Shown: positions 13,962 to 27,789 of the stretch, one piece after another
Numbering within the stretch: the stretch's first letter is position 1
How the letters are laid out: each line of letters starts with the position of its first letter
Origin: Eledone cirrhosa
Taxonomy: Eukaryota
Direction of reading: 5' to 3'
Assembly: GCA_964016885.1 (NCBI GenBank)
Contig: OZ024744.1
Span: 96,844,001 to 96,908,000, forward strand
Length of the DNA stretch: 64,000 bases
The notes under the pieces: model-generated
What the model was told of the DNA's origin: nothing
Database searches by the model: none
Seen by the model: the letters and a program-made list of their open reading frames with translations, nothing else
Made by a program: the position numbers and the translations under genes

Positions 13962-14512
13962 ATGGCGATGGATTTGAAGTATCGGTAGGGCATCGGACAT
14001 TATGCCTTGTGGCATATATTTACGACCTAGTACCTTCTGATTTCAAATCCCGCTGAGGTTTAGCTTTGCTTTTCATCCTTATGGGATCGGTAAAAATAAG
14101 TACCAGTAATACATTGGAGTCGTCGATTCAATACACTTTCCTCCATTCACTTCAAATTGTTGGCCTTATTCTTCCTAATCTAGAAACAATTATATGATGG
14201 TTTCTTATATAGGCACAAAGCCATCAGTTTTTTTTTTGGGGGGGGGGGGTGATTAAATCGACCCCAGCGCGTGACTGGTACTTTATTTTATCGACCCTGT
14301 AAGGATGAAAGGCAAAGTTAACTTCGGCGGGATTAAGTATCAGTAGAGCGCCAGACTCTAAGCTTTGCAGCATAGAGTTATGGCCTTTTACGGTCTGAGT
14401 TCAAATCCCGCCGAGGTTAACTTTGCCGTTCATCCTTACGAGGTCGATGAAATAAAGTACCAGTAATACACTGGAATAATTGCTGGCCTTGTGCCAAAAG
14501 TAGAAAACAATT
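13962..14512. mobile_element. Cluster of three tRNA-SINE copies in mixed orientation
   Basis: 13962-14190 (+), 14196-14335 (-) and 14336-14512 (+) match the SINE consensus. Confidence 0.8.
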
Positions 14513-14579
14513 AAATAATAAGATACATGTCCGTGCACAGTACATACGTAATTTAATTTAAATATATCCCTGATATTTT

Positions 14580-15070
14580 ACACGTTTGCCTCGATTAAAG
14601 ATGTACTCAAAGATCAACTTGAAAAGACCCTGCATGTCAATCTATTCAATGTTACCGCCATATATATACTCTTATACCTTCTTATACCCAAGGGGAATAA
14701 TAGTAATTCACTACGATAGAAAGGAACATGGAAAGATTCATGCTACAAATATAATTGCTAGACCATATCGGAAACGAAATAACTGGAGGTTGGAAAGGAG
14801 TGTACGTCGGGATCGTAGAATACTGAAAAACACAAGCTTCCCTGGGGTCTGATATATGACAAGTTTTCCAGTCTAGACAACGGGGTGGGTGGGGCGGTCA
14901 AATGCAATTGTTCAGTGGTATCCTAGAGATCGGAATATATGAATCAGAAGACCTCCAAAAAATGTTGGGAAGATGGCATAGCCAAATGATTCGGTTCGTA
15001 ATGAACGCGAAGAATTGAGACTAAGAAGGAATGGAAATACACTGACTAGGGATTTATAATGACATCTGAT
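14580..15070 (+). pseudogene. Highly decayed RTE LINE 3' region
   Basis: Fragments TIERNMERFMLQI*LLDHIGNE and QWYPRD...RRPPK..WEDGIAK...WK resemble the RTE motifs 'QRAMERxMLG..L.D.I.N' and 'W.PR..KR..GRP..RW.D'. Confidence 0.55.
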
Positions 15071-16029
15071 AGCCTTGTAGATCCAAGGATCCAAGTATCC
15101 AGGGATCCAGGGATATCTCAGATATATATGAATAACCTCATTGGATATTAATAAGTTTACTCTGGTCAACAATAACAAAAGCTTCTCTTGACTTTGTAGT
15201 TAGGGTTAGGGCAATTCTTGGGTAGATTTCGTATGCTTTAATCTATCCCTCTGTATTTGTAAATTTCAGCATACCCCTTTTTAATATACTAATGTATTCA
15301 CCCGGGAGCTGAAATTAAGGACCAGAATAGCGCCTATCGTTTTGGTGACCTGGAAGTTAGACATATTCTGGGAGTACATTTGAACTACTGATTCCAACAA
15401 GGGTATCAATTTTATTTCATCAGCTCTAATTAATTAATGATCAGGCTATTTTGATACAAAAATAACAACAATATTAATGCAATTGATATGTTACATGTTA
15501 TTAAAACAACCACATATTGTAGTGTTATTGTAACCTATCGATTATTAAAAACGGTGGCATGTTGCAGGACAAAATATAGATGTGATAAATCCCCCCCTCC
15601 CCCACTTAAAAAAAAATAAAAATAAAAAAATAAATAAATAAATAAAAAACGAAAAAATAAACGACAATAAAAAAGAATAACACACAAAAAATCAATGCAA
15701 CTTTGGTGTTTAGTGTACTGAAATTAATCGAAGACAAGTCTTAAATATGTCAGAAAAAAAACTTTATTATTGAATATAAAGGAATGATTCTTATGAATTT
15801 TAATTTTGCACAATGTGTTAGGTGTTGAATAGCTTCTAAACACTTATCAGGTGTTTAGGGAGGTGGTCACAAATCTTAGTTAAAACTTAGGTTTACCATT
15901 TATAAAAGATGAAATCAAGGCAAATAACGTGATCAAACTTTTAGCTGAAAGGGGGAAAATAGACACACGTGTTCAAGCAGACACGCACACATGTACATAT
16001 ACTCCTATACGCACCCCGACCCCCACCCC

Positions 16030-16800
16030 CCACACACACACAAACACACATAAACAGACATACATATCCACATCCACATGCACACTCACACACATAAACA
16101 TACAAAAAACACACACACACACATACACAGAAACACATAAATAGACATACATATCCACATCCTCATGCACACTCACACACATAAACATACAAAAAAAACA
16201 CACACACATACACAGAAACACATAAACAGACATACATATCCACATCCACATGCACACTCACATACATAAACACACAAAAAGACATACACACACACACATA
16301 GACACAAATATACATACATATCCACATCCACATGCACACTCACACACATAAACATACAAAAAAACACACACACATAGACACAGAAACACATAAACAGACA
16401 TACATATCCACATCCACATGCACACTCACATACATAAACACACAAAAAGACATACACACACACACACACACACACATACACCCCCCCCACACACACACAC
16501 AGACACACATAAATAGACATACATATCCACATCCACATGCTCACTCACACACATAAACACACAAAAAGACATACACATACACATAAACACATAAATAGAC
16601 ATACACACACACACGCATAGACACACAAAAAGACATACACACACATAGACACAGAAAAATACATACGCACACATAGACACACATAAACAGACATACATAT
16701 CCACATCCACACGCACACTCACATAAATAAACACACAAACAAACACACACACACACACACATACACACGCACTTCCTCTCACACGCACACACACATATAT
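16030..16800. repeat. CA-based minisatellite (about 75-90 bp unit)
   Basis: Recurrent unit acacataaacagacatacatatccacatccacatgcacactcacacacataaac, about 7 copies. Confidence 0.9.
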
Positions 16801-17449
16801 ACGTATACATATAAATAGGGAACACTTATTATTTTGTACATATGCTGAAAAGTATTCATGCTATGAATATTGCTTAAGTTGTTATTTGTCTATTTATTTT
16901 TTTTTTTTTTGGAGAAAATCTCAATGATTTTGATGTGTTATCTATTAATGTTTTCCTATCAAGTTATTATTATTTTGTTATCGTTGTTGTTGTTGCTACG
17001 CTGTGTAGTGTTTTACAAGTGCTCCTTGGTGTATATGCATGGCGGCGAGTCTGTGGGGGGGGGGGGACTATTGTATGACCAATATGACAGTTAAACTCAT
17101 GAGGTTAATAACTTTCACGTTTGCAATCGATTTTATAAATCACGTTGAATATTAGGAGCTTGTTCGTGGCTTTCTTTGATTGTGGTTTGTTATTAATAAG
17201 AGGAGTTTTAATTTAAACGCTTTTACATTTTATTATTTGTGTTAGATTATTGTCTGGTGTAATGCATCCTGGGTTCTGTTTTAAGTGGCTGTCGATAATA
17301 TTTCATTCATATAATACATTTTACGTGTGGTTTATGAGTTTTTAATAGGTGTGGTGTCTGATGTATTTGCAGCGATTCATTTCTTCTTCTATTGTTCTAT
17401 AGCTTGGTCTATTATGTTTTTAGAATAGGCTATTATTAATTAGTGTTTA

Positions 17450-17838
17450 TAGATTGGCAGTATCGGTAGAGAGTCGGACGCCATGCTTTTCCGGCATAGT
17501 TACGTCCCTTTACGGACTGAGTTCAAATCCTGCCGAGGTTAACTTTGCCTTTCATCCTTTCGGGGTTGATAAAATAAAGTACCAGTAATGTACTGGGTAA
17601 TTGCTGGCCTCGTGTCAAAAGTAGAAACAATTAATTAGTGTTTGCGGTGGATCGGCAGTATCGGTAGAGGGTCGGACGCCATGCTTTCCAGCATAGTTAC
17701 GTCCCTTTACGGTCTGAGTTCAAATCTCGCCGAGGTTAACTTTGTCTTTCATTTTCATCCTTACGGGGTCGATAAAATAAAGTACCAGTAATGTACTGGG
17801 TAATTGATGGACCTTGTGCCGAAAGTATAAACAATTAA
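17450..17838 (+). mobile_element. Tandem pair of tRNA-SINE copies
   Basis: Two consensus copies; taattagtgttt occurs before, between and after them. Confidence 0.9.
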
Positions 17839-18004
17839 TTAGTGTTTGCATTATTCTCTAGATTTCTTTATCTAGTGTATCTATCGTTTGTGGAGAAGTA
17901 ACTAAACGTTCTTTTATGTACGTAAGGACTTTACCAATAATATTTCGTATCTTTTTGAATAGTGATTGATTCTCCCTACAGGTATATACATTTATTTTGT
18001 GTTT

Positions 18005-18052
18005 AGCAGTCGCAGCAACAGCAGCAGCAACAGCAGCAGCAGCAGCAGTAGC

Positions 18053-18096
<44 letters not shown>

Positions 18097-18114
18097 CGAC
18101 GACAACAAAAACAA

Positions 18115-18146
<32 letters not shown>

Positions 18147-18280
18147 TCATCATCAACAACAACAACAACAACAACGACAACGACAACAACAACAACAACA
18201 ACAACAACAACTAAACAACAACATCATCATCATCATCAACAACAACAACACCAACGACAACGACAACAGCAACAATAACG
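18005..18280. repeat. (CAG)n/(CAA)n trinucleotide microsatellite
   Basis: Direct inspection. Confidence 0.95.
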
Positions 18281-18385
18281 ATTAATATCCACACAACACC
18301 GTTTCTGAGCTCTCATTTAACATCTAATCGAATTAAATTCCCATTTCTACAACTTCTGCACAACAAGATAGGAATGAAGGGACAA

Positions 18386-18575
18386 ATAATTGTTTCTACT
18401 TTTGGCACAAAGGCCAGCAATTACCCCAGTACATTACTGGGTACTTTATTTTATCGACCCCACCCCCACCCCCACCCCCCGTAAGGATGAAAGGCAAAGT
18501 GAACCTCGGCGGGATTTGAACTCAGACAGTAAAGGGACGCATGGCGTCCGACTCTCTACTGTTACTGCCAATCCA
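18386..18575 (-). mobile_element. tRNA-SINE copy with internal deletion
   Basis: Consensus match; the gtaactatgctggaaa segment is missing. Confidence 0.85.
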
Positions 18576-19444
18576 AAATAATGTTCGAGCCAAACCAGGG
18601 TGACCGTATGCGACCGTTTGACCAAGTAGAAATAGCAGTCGGATCTTCCTGAAATCGTACATTTCATGCCTTAAGAACCGAGAGAACCTATTTGAAAATA
18701 TTGTCCCGTGAAACTCATAAAAAAGGGGGGGGGGGGAGGAATATGATTGGAATACCTTAGGTCATGGTGTGACTGAATCAAATACGATATCTATATATAA
18801 TAGAAAATACTAACCTAAGTAAACATGAAAGAACAGCCGAACTCCCACTTTCATCGCCTATATCTCTCTCGCCCTCCCCATCTCTCCTCCGTATGTTTAG
18901 TAAATGGGGTCTCACGTGCTGGCCTGCCCTCAGCCCCGGCGGACAAAACGGAGAAGATCTTTCTCCGGAGGATGGTAAGGGAGATGCGCTGTGGAAGAGC
19001 CATTTCAACTCGCGAGGCTCACACCTGCGGCTGGCCAGCTCAGCCCCTATGGTGGTGAGTTAGGGAGCCAGCCCTGAAGGCCAAGGACACCAGAAGTCTC
19101 CACTGCCAAGGGCACGAACAACAGCAACAGCAGCAGCCAACGACAACAACAACAACAACAACAGTTATTGTTGAAGCTCTGTGTTACCACCAGACTACAG
19201 TTTGCTGGTCACTGTCACCGAGCCGACAAAGACATCATTTCATCTCTGCTTTTGTGGCATCCCTCTCGATGTGTCTATTCACGAAAACTGACTTTCCCCA
19301 GATACCATAGCTCGGGACTCAGGGTGGAAGAATGATGATAATGATGATGATGATGATGATGAGTGCTTTTTTTTTTGGGGGGGGGGGGGGGGGTTAACAA
19401 GTAAGTTTCCACTATATCACTCTAGAAACATAGGGCTTCTATAT

Positions 19445-19632
19445 TTGTTTCTACTTCTGGCACAAGGCCAGCAATTATTTCAATGAATTACTGGTAGTAC
19501 TTTATTTTAACGACACCGTAAGGATGAAAGATAAAGTTAACCTCGGCGAGATTTGAACTCAGACCATAAAGGTTCGTAACTCTTTGCTTGCAAAGCATGG
19601 CGTCTGACTCTCTACCGATACTGCCAATCCAC
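19445..19632 (-). mobile_element. tRNA-SINE copy
   Basis: Consensus match. Confidence 0.85.
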
Positions 19633-20345
19633 TATAATGCCACATCATTTTATAATTTGTTAAATGATTTCATTGGAGTGACATAGATAGTATCAATTTT
19701 TCATTTTTTTTTAAATATTATTAGACTCGGAGCTAGCGCTTTGCAATAATCATAGTATTTATCGAATGGTGAAGTCTGTTAAACATTTCCAATATGTAAC
19801 AATGTTTCAAATTTGCCTAGAAATAGTAATTATTCAAACATCAAGCCAGGCGTAGAGGAATGTATTGCTTTTTTTTTTCTTCTTTCTTTGTCCTTTGTCT
19901 ATTGATTTTATCGATGTCAAGTCAACCCTGAGAGGATGTGAATTGACTGGCGGGAAATCAAGACTGCAGTTGCTGCTAATTAGCTAGTACGCCCACAGTT
20001 GGATTATAGATATTATCTAGAGATATTAGTTTACTGTGTTAAGTTAAGTTGAGTTGAGTTGAGTTGAGTTGAGTTGAGTTGAGTTGAGTTGAGTTGAGTC
20101 GTTTCTCTGTCGCTTCCGTCAACTCTTTTCTCTTTGAAGAAAAAGGTTCGGTTCGATGGAAAATTAACATAAGAATAAAGAAGAAGAAGAAGAAGAAGAA
20201 GAAGAAGAAGAAGAAGAAGAAGAAGAAGAAGAAGAAGAAGAAGAAGAAGAAGAAGAAGAAGAAGAAGAAGAAGAAGAAGAAGAAGAAGAAGAAGAAGAAG
20301 AAGAAGAAGAAGAAGAAGAAGAAGAAGATTTTCTTATCAAACGCA

Positions 20346-20397
20346 GGTCTTCCTGATGATTTCTCCCGAATGAAACAGTTCTCATCCTGTAGAAGCC
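20346..20397 (+). ncRNA. Type I hammerhead ribozyme motif (family B)
   Basis: cttc CTGATGA tttctcccgaat GAAA cag-ttctcatc-ctg TA gaag. Stems I and III pair; the cleavage triplet is GUA. Confidence 0.75.
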
Positions 20398-20832
20398 ATT
20401 TCTATATTAAATATTTATACTCTACTATGTATTGAGTACCTTACTTACTGTGGTTACCCCTGATTGAACCCGGGACACACACAAACACACACACACACAC
20501 GCACACGCACACACACTCACACATATATATATAATAATAAAATGACAGGAGGCTGGACTTGTGTAAATCCTTGAAAGGTTTATTCATACGGAAGCCGGTC
20601 ATTGAAATGATCATAGTATAATAAAGCTTTCAAGGATTTACACAAGTCCAGCCTCCTGTCATTTTATAATAATATTTAACTCCGTACTAGCACCACCAAC
20701 TACACAAACGAAGACGGTTGAACTGCTTTACGTTGAGTACTCTCCATATTATTACATTAAGATTGACCATACGGAATTGACCAGCTCTATCCAGTGGTGA
20801 ACCTTCAAACCTGAATAAATATATATATATGT

Positions 20833-21112
20833 AATTGAAAAAGTGGAGAATAACATAGTCAACAGTACAAAAAAGGGAGATTTATTTACAGTCTAACAAT
20901 CGTTTCACTGATAGAGTTATCTAAAAATTGCTAAACACTGTAAGTAGTGCCACTCAATTTAAAATACATGTTGGCCCCATAATATCTTCAAATACTGAAG
21001 ATATGACAACTCTAGACAACTTTAGACAACTCTATCAGTGAAACAATTGTTAGACTGTAAATAAATCTCCTTTTTTGTACTGTTGACCATGTTATTCTCC
21101 ACTTTTTCAATT
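20833..21112. repeat. Inverted repeat (about 100 bp arms) with hammerhead 3' half
   Basis: aattgaaaaagtggagaataac...cactgatagag / ctctatcagt GAAA caattg TT agac...ctccactttttcaatt. Confidence 0.85.
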
Positions 21113-21293
21113 TTATTACTCCAAGATAAACTTACATAGGAATACAAGTGAAACCATAAACTCGTCATCTATGTAAACCCCTTGTTGAGTCATACAACGC
21201 CGTAAGCTAAAACTATCCATAATAAGAAGTATTCACAACCTCTAATTGAATTACCTATAACGATATATTGTTATCCCCCCTCTCTCTCTCTCT

Positions 21294-21381
<88 letters not shown>

Positions 21382-21619
21382 TTAATGGTAGCTATGATGC
21401 TTCTATAAGCGGTATGCCAGTTGAGCACTCTATGTTCTTACAGAGCAGAGTGTGATACAATATAAAACGAAAAATCAGTGATGCATCTGCTCTCAGTTTA
21501 TTGTGTGTTACAATTGTTTCGCCGGCAGACAGCTCGAGACACGATCATTTATGGATCTGGCTGATTCTAGATCTGCAGGTTCTTCAGACACATGCAATAC
21601 TTTCGGAACAAATTTTCTC

Positions 21620-21840
21620 ACAGGTCTGTTTTTATCATTTATTTTGTTTGACCTGTTTAGTTTGATTTGTTTTTTTGTGGCTTAGGTGGTTAATGCCTTC
21701 TTGACCACTTTTTCAGTTTGTATGGCGTTTTAACATATATGTTTAGCCCTGGGTTTTTAACTATGGAGCGCTTGCCAGCATTTCTACGATTTTGCGTTTC
21801 GTTTCGCTTTTTCTACCAGCCGAAATGCGATTCTCGCTGA

Positions 21841-21845
<5 letters not shown>
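21620..21845. repeat. Unclassified dispersed repeat
   Basis: Similar to 28298-28510 and, as reverse complement, 49185-49350; ends gaaatgcgattctcgctgaatt abutting (TA)n. Confidence 0.7.
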
Positions 21846-21907
<62 letters not shown>

Positions 21908-21908
<1 letters not shown>

Positions 21909-22100
21909 GTGTGTCCATGTAGGGAGCCCCTACATGGACACACTAGAAGAGGAAGACCAAGGTTAATATATGTTGATGCCCTAAGGACAGACACTGGTCT
22001 GTTGGAGATACAGGATATGGCAGCGATAATGAGGGACAGAGACCGCTGGAGAGAGCTCGTCCATGGATCTCGGGAATTTTACCCGCCTTAGATAGATATA
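21908..22100 (+). mobile_element. RTE-type LINE 3' terminal fragment
   Basis: EPLHGHTRRGRPRLIYVDALRTDTGLLEIQDMAAIMRDRDRWRELV, typical of the RTE/RTEX C-terminus; (gata) tail. Confidence 0.8.
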
Positions 22101-22421
22101 TATACACATACATTATATATATATAATATATATATATATATATACATATATACATATATATATATATACATAAGAATAGTGTTATGCAATAAATGTTATT
22201 CAAACTCCTCTGGAATGTGATGTTTTAAATAATAATTTTGTAAATTTCTATATATATATATACTCCGTAAATTGTCACACTTGGAACCTGTAGGGGAACT
22301 AGTGCAGGATTTACCAAATAAAATAATCCGACTGTTGAGTAAGACGCTACTGTAAGTGCACTATGATTCTTGTTACATAATCAAATTAATTGGTTTCTCA
22401 AACGGAAAATGAATAATGCTA

Positions 22422-22493
<72 letters not shown>

Positions 22494-22494
22494 T

Positions 22495-22539
<45 letters not shown>

Positions 22540-22585
22540 TCTCTCTTTATCTCTCTCTCTCTCTCTCACTCTCACTCTCTCTTTA

Positions 22586-22626
<41 letters not shown>

Positions 22627-22844
22627 GCATGTGTGTGTGTGTGTGTTATGTATTTCCGTATAAAAGTTAAAGGAAAGAAAAGAGATCTATGTATTCTAGA
22701 GAGCTATTTAATTACATAATAAACAACAGAATATATTTAATCCATTAGCAATGGTTTCAAGAAACCAGACGTTTCTTACAGAATCTTGTCAAGATTCCTG
22801 AAACCTTTGGTAATGGAATAATTATATTGTGTTGTTTATTATGC

Positions 22845-22895
<51 letters not shown>

Positions 22896-23093
22896 GATAA
22901 ATCTACCAAGAGTTTACGGTAGTGTCCAATCCGTATCAAGAACTCAATGTAATCCGGATATCATGGAAAGAAGAGATGCAATGAAAAATCACTTTCGGTG
23001 AAAGATAAACGGAATACAGAGTCAAGATAAAATATTAAAAAAATAATGAATAAAACAATGAAACAGTTCCTTATATTAAACAAAAAAAGTTCA

Positions 23094-23235
23094 TTATTTA
23101 ACGTTCGTTTCTAGGATATATATGTGTTAGAATTGGCATGCATATTCAACAGATCTATGTACAAAATTATACAAAATTATACAAACTATCAAAATTAAAT
23201 ATACATACCAAACACATATATATGCCGTCTTCAGA

Positions 23236-23240
<5 letters not shown>
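23094..23240 (-). ncRNA. Type I hammerhead motif with about 115-nt stem II domain
   Basis: Reverse complement: ttattt CTGAAGA cggcatatatatgtgtt...aacacatatatatccta GAAA cg-aa-cg TT aaataa. Confidence 0.6.
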
Positions 23241-23277
<37 letters not shown>

Positions 23278-23318
23278 GATATTAAACAAATAAAAACTAT
23301 ATTTATAAAACCATATTT

Positions 23319-23382
23319 ATTTCATTATACATATTTCAGGGATACCATATTAAAAATATGGCATGCCTTCGTCAGATAAAAT
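23319..23382 (-). ncRNA. Type I hammerhead motif (family A)
   Basis: Reverse complement: attttat CTGACGA aggcatgccatat-tttta-atatggtatccct GAAA tatgta TA atgaaat. Confidence 0.7.
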
Positions 23383-23461
23383 ACAATATATAAACAGTTT
23401 TATAAATATTGCACCCAAATAAAAATACAAAAGTGGAGAATAACATAGTCAACAGTACAAA

Positions 23462-23536
<75 letters not shown>

Positions 23537-23786
23537 ATTTAGTCTTCTAAGGAAATTAGTAGTGCAGAGATTACTGATCCGAACATCCATTCATGATCAT
23601 TGGACATTTAACTCTCTCTCCACTGAATTGCAAAACACTTCTACCCTAGCCTGTCTGTCTGGATGTTGATAGTTATCATAATCGGTTTGTAAATCTTAAT
23701 CTACCCTTTTAATTGAGTCTTGTGAACTGTATTATCTTTAGTCAGTATTTTCTACACCCTGGCGGTTTATGTCCCTTGTTATTTGA

Positions 23787-23844
<58 letters not shown>

Positions 23845-23937
23845 GTGTTTGTCTCTCTTTATTGCATTATAAGGCGGTCGGAAAATCTTTTCCTTCAGCT
23901 ACTTTGATCATAAGGGACTAATGTCAGTTTTTAACTG

Positions 23938-23980
<43 letters not shown>

Positions 23981-23988
23981 TTCACTCC

Positions 23989-24049
<61 letters not shown>

Positions 24050-24170
24050 CCAAAATTAAGATAGATTAAAAGAATTGATTCAGAATCGAAATTGTGGGTG
24101 TCATTCCTTAACGGAATGCACCATATCGCCCGGAAAATAAGCTCTAGGACTTTGTAGGTACGAGCATTTT

Positions 24171-24379
24171 ATAATAATAACTAGGAATTGATCAACATAT
24201 ATATAAATAAATATAAACATGAAAAATCACAGGAGATAATTTTTACAAGCGTGTAACCACGCATGGCTAGTAGGTAACAAATAAATAAAGTTAACTAGAA
24301 CTTCAAAAATATATACCTTATTATCTCCTGTGATTTTTCATGTTTATATTTATTTATATATATGTTGATCAATTCCTAG

Positions 24380-24390
<11 letters not shown>
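24171..24390. repeat. Inverted repeat, about 70 bp perfect arms
   Basis: ataataactaggaattgatcaac...caggagataat / attatctcctg...gttgatcaattcctagttattat, next to (TA)n. Confidence 0.9.
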
Positions 24391-24410
<20 letters not shown>

Positions 24411-24414
24411 TAGG

Positions 24415-24620
24415 ATCGATAGACTTTAGTCGAATCGGACCGAGGAAGCAATGTTTCCATTGGTCTTTCCAATTGCTAATACTTTCTATTAGTCGCAACT
24501 CCAAGTAGAAGGAGCAACGTGAAATAAAGTGTCTTGCTCAAGGACATAACACATTGCCAGGTCCAGGAGTCGAGCTCATAACCTCACGATTGCGAATCCA
24601 GTTCTCTTACCACTCACTCA
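24415..24620 (-). mobile_element. Diverged CORE-type tRNA SINE
   Basis: ggagcaacgtgaaataaagtgtcttgctcaaggacataacac is shared with 31668-31968. Confidence 0.6.
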
Positions 24621-25920
24621 CAACGTGGAATACAAAAGCACGGGATCTTCGGAGGTTTATCTACATATAACCCTATACTGGAATGACATTTGGGAGAAAA
24701 CTTTAATTATTGCTGTCTCTTATGAATTGATTATGATTTTAGATTTATTAATCAGTGTGGCATTTTTTGTTTAACTCTTTGAGTATAGCACCGGGTAAAA
24801 GCAACTCATAGCTACATAGTAATACGTCTTAGATTAGTTATGAGTTATGAGTCATGAGTTAATTTGCTGTGGGTGTAAATAACATGTATAAATAAGTTAA
24901 CGATATAACAACACGACACAGAATCAAAGATAAATAAATTAACATGAAGTGTAGTGTAGTGATATTATTCCTTTGATAAGATAGAATATACAATATTATG
25001 TTATGTAAAAACCTTTTGAATAAATATACACGGGAACATATGTATTATATTTATAAATAATCGAGTAATACCTCCATTCATTCGCTCGTTCACACTACAT
25101 ATATATTTAGTATCTGCCTGTCTGAATGTCAATGGATGTGTATATGTATAAATTCAGAAAAATGTATGAGAAGGCATTTAAATGTTTGACCTAGTAAGAT
25201 GATGGCATGTATCAATAGAGAAACATGTAAGGAAAGAATGAGAAAAGTTTTACTGATAGAATAGTAATAATTACTCAGAAAATATTAGTGATAAAGAAGA
25301 CAGGATTGTTACTTTTATTCCTACCTGTTTTATTATTGATTATTCTTGTCCTTCAATGTATGAGAGCTACATACGTGTTCTGGGTAATGGATCTTTTATA
25401 TTAATAGCTTTCGAATATAGCATAACTCTTGTTGCCATGGTTTTCATAGACATAATAGTGACTATGTTGTTATGAACAATAGGATCATATTAGATTTACT
25501 GTTGTTAAATCGTCGTCTGCTTTTACAGTATTTAGTTTTGCAACCTGATTGTATAGAGTTCAAACCCTCCAAGGATGGGATATGCTTTGCTTTAAAATAA
25601 GATGTTGAAGCTAACGATTATTAATGCAAACAATACCAAACAGAACCGTGTCAGCAGTTTTGTCATTCGTTCACAAAATCTCGAAGTAGTTCTTAGCGTA
25701 ATTTGTGATGCGTAGACAGAGAGATATGAAAGACATTAGTGTCGTATATATATATGTGTGTGTGTGTTTGTGTGTGTGTTTGTGTGTGTATGTGTGTGTA
25801 TAGGTAGGTATGTATGTATGTATGTATGTATGTATGTATGTATGTATGTATGTATGTATGTATGTATGTATGTATGTATGTATGTATGCATGCATGTATG
25901 TATGTATGTTGTATGTATGT

Positions 25921-26298
25921 ACAAAGCCAGTCCCACTCTCTTAACCAAGATGATATTTACCAAAAAGAAGAACAAGTCAACATCATTGGATACCATCGGG
26001 GTTGCAGGTGTTATATCAGAGTTTTCCTTCTCCTAGAATTCTGCCTTTACTCACTATAAAAGCTTCGCGGCACAGGCAATGCTTTATGTCTGGAGATCTC
26101 TCTGCACTTGTCATCACATGGTACCATGGGCTCAGCACTATGTGTCAATAATTGTCACAAGTGTAGTGTTTGTACCAGAGTTTTCAAGTCGCTGGCTGGA
26201 CTAAAAAGTCACACTCACTCGTTCAGAGCATCGGTGGGGGTTCTCCTACATGGATATAAAGTAGTGGCCGTACTCGAAAACGAGTTGGCAGCTACCAT
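25921..26298 (+). mobile_element. RTE-derived retroposon with 5' inversion
   Basis: 25921-26047 is the reverse complement of 3789-3915, followed by a sense copy of 3920-4170; (tatg)n on both sides. Confidence 0.85.
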
Positions 26299-26735
26299 GT
26301 GTGTATGTAAATATGTATGAATGCATGCATGCATATATGTATGTGTGTATGCATGTATGAATGAATGTACGTATGTATGTATGTATGTATGTATGTATGT
26401 ATGTTTGTATGTATGTATGTATGTATATGTGAATGCATATATGTATATATGTATGTATGTATTTATGTATGTATGTATGTATGTATGTATGTATGTATGT
26501 ATGTATATATGTATGCATGAATGCATGTATGCATATATGTATGTATGTAGGTATGTATGTGTGAATGAATGTATATATGTATGAATGAAGGTATGTGTGA
26601 ATGCATGTATGTATATGGAATATATATCTATATCTATATATGTGTGTGTGTGTATATATATGTACATGTATATGTATTTGTATATGTGTATGTGTATATA
26701 TATACACAGAGAGTGAGTGTGTGTGTGATAGAGAA

Positions 26736-26768
<33 letters not shown>

Positions 26769-26769
26769 G

Positions 26770-26841
<72 letters not shown>

Positions 26842-27058
26842 CCATATGTAAAATCCAGACTGCGGCGAGCAGCAGTTTCGGCGTGTGTATTCCGCGCAAA
26901 CCTGGAAAAAAGGCTTTCTGAATACAGAAGCTGAAAGCGCTTGGCGTCGTGATCATGATTTTACATACTCTGCATCTACCCATACATTGAGTACTCATAT
27001 GATTAGTCTTCTCCTCAGTCTCAACACCACAACTTTCTCTCTCCCTCTCTTTTTATCC

Positions 27059-27094
<36 letters not shown>

Positions 27095-27353
27095 GTGAGT
27101 GTGTGTGTATGTGTGTGTGTGTAAATGTGTGTATGTGTGTGAGTGTGTGCGTGAGTGTGTGTGGAAAAAGCAAACCAAAATAACAAAGCAAGCGACACAG
27201 AAAGTACAATGAAGAAATATATGATTAGTTTTACGCTTGATATAGTAGGAAAAGAGTTTTAACGTTTCGGACGCTAGTCCTTTATCAGAATATAGAATAA
27301 GAAATTAACGAATAGAAAGTTAGAGGGAAATGGGCAGTGACAAAAGAAGAAAA

Positions 27354-27408
<55 letters not shown>

Positions 27409-27487
27409 CTTTATCCCGGTTCAATCGAGATAACCACAGTAAGTAAGGTACTCAATACAAAGCAGAGTATAAATATTTAATATAGAA

Positions 27488-27541
27488 AAGGCTTCTACAG
27501 GACTAGAACTATTTCATTCGGGAGAAATCATCAGGAAGCCT
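27488..27541 (-). ncRNA. Type I hammerhead motif (family B) with extended stem I
   Basis: Reverse complement: aggcttc CTGATGA tttctcccgaat GAAA tag-ttctagtc-ctg TA gaagcct. Stem I continues as an inverted repeat of about 23 bp. Confidence 0.75.
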
Positions 27542-27553
27542 TTTCTATATTAA

Positions 27554-27671
<118 letters not shown>

Positions 27672-27789
27672 TTTGTGAAGGGCTCGTGAGTGCGTATATA
27701 TATAAGCAAAGAGAAATTTAATTTGTTGGTTATTCAACAAATTTATTTATAACAGATTCGAAGCACTCTACAAGATTTCTGGGGGTATA

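Noticed and set aside
15200-15211. TTAGGG telomeric repeats
   Set aside because: Only two units; expected by chance.
17644-17730. tRNA gene
   Set aside because: A and B boxes are present but there is no cloverleaf; it is the SINE head.
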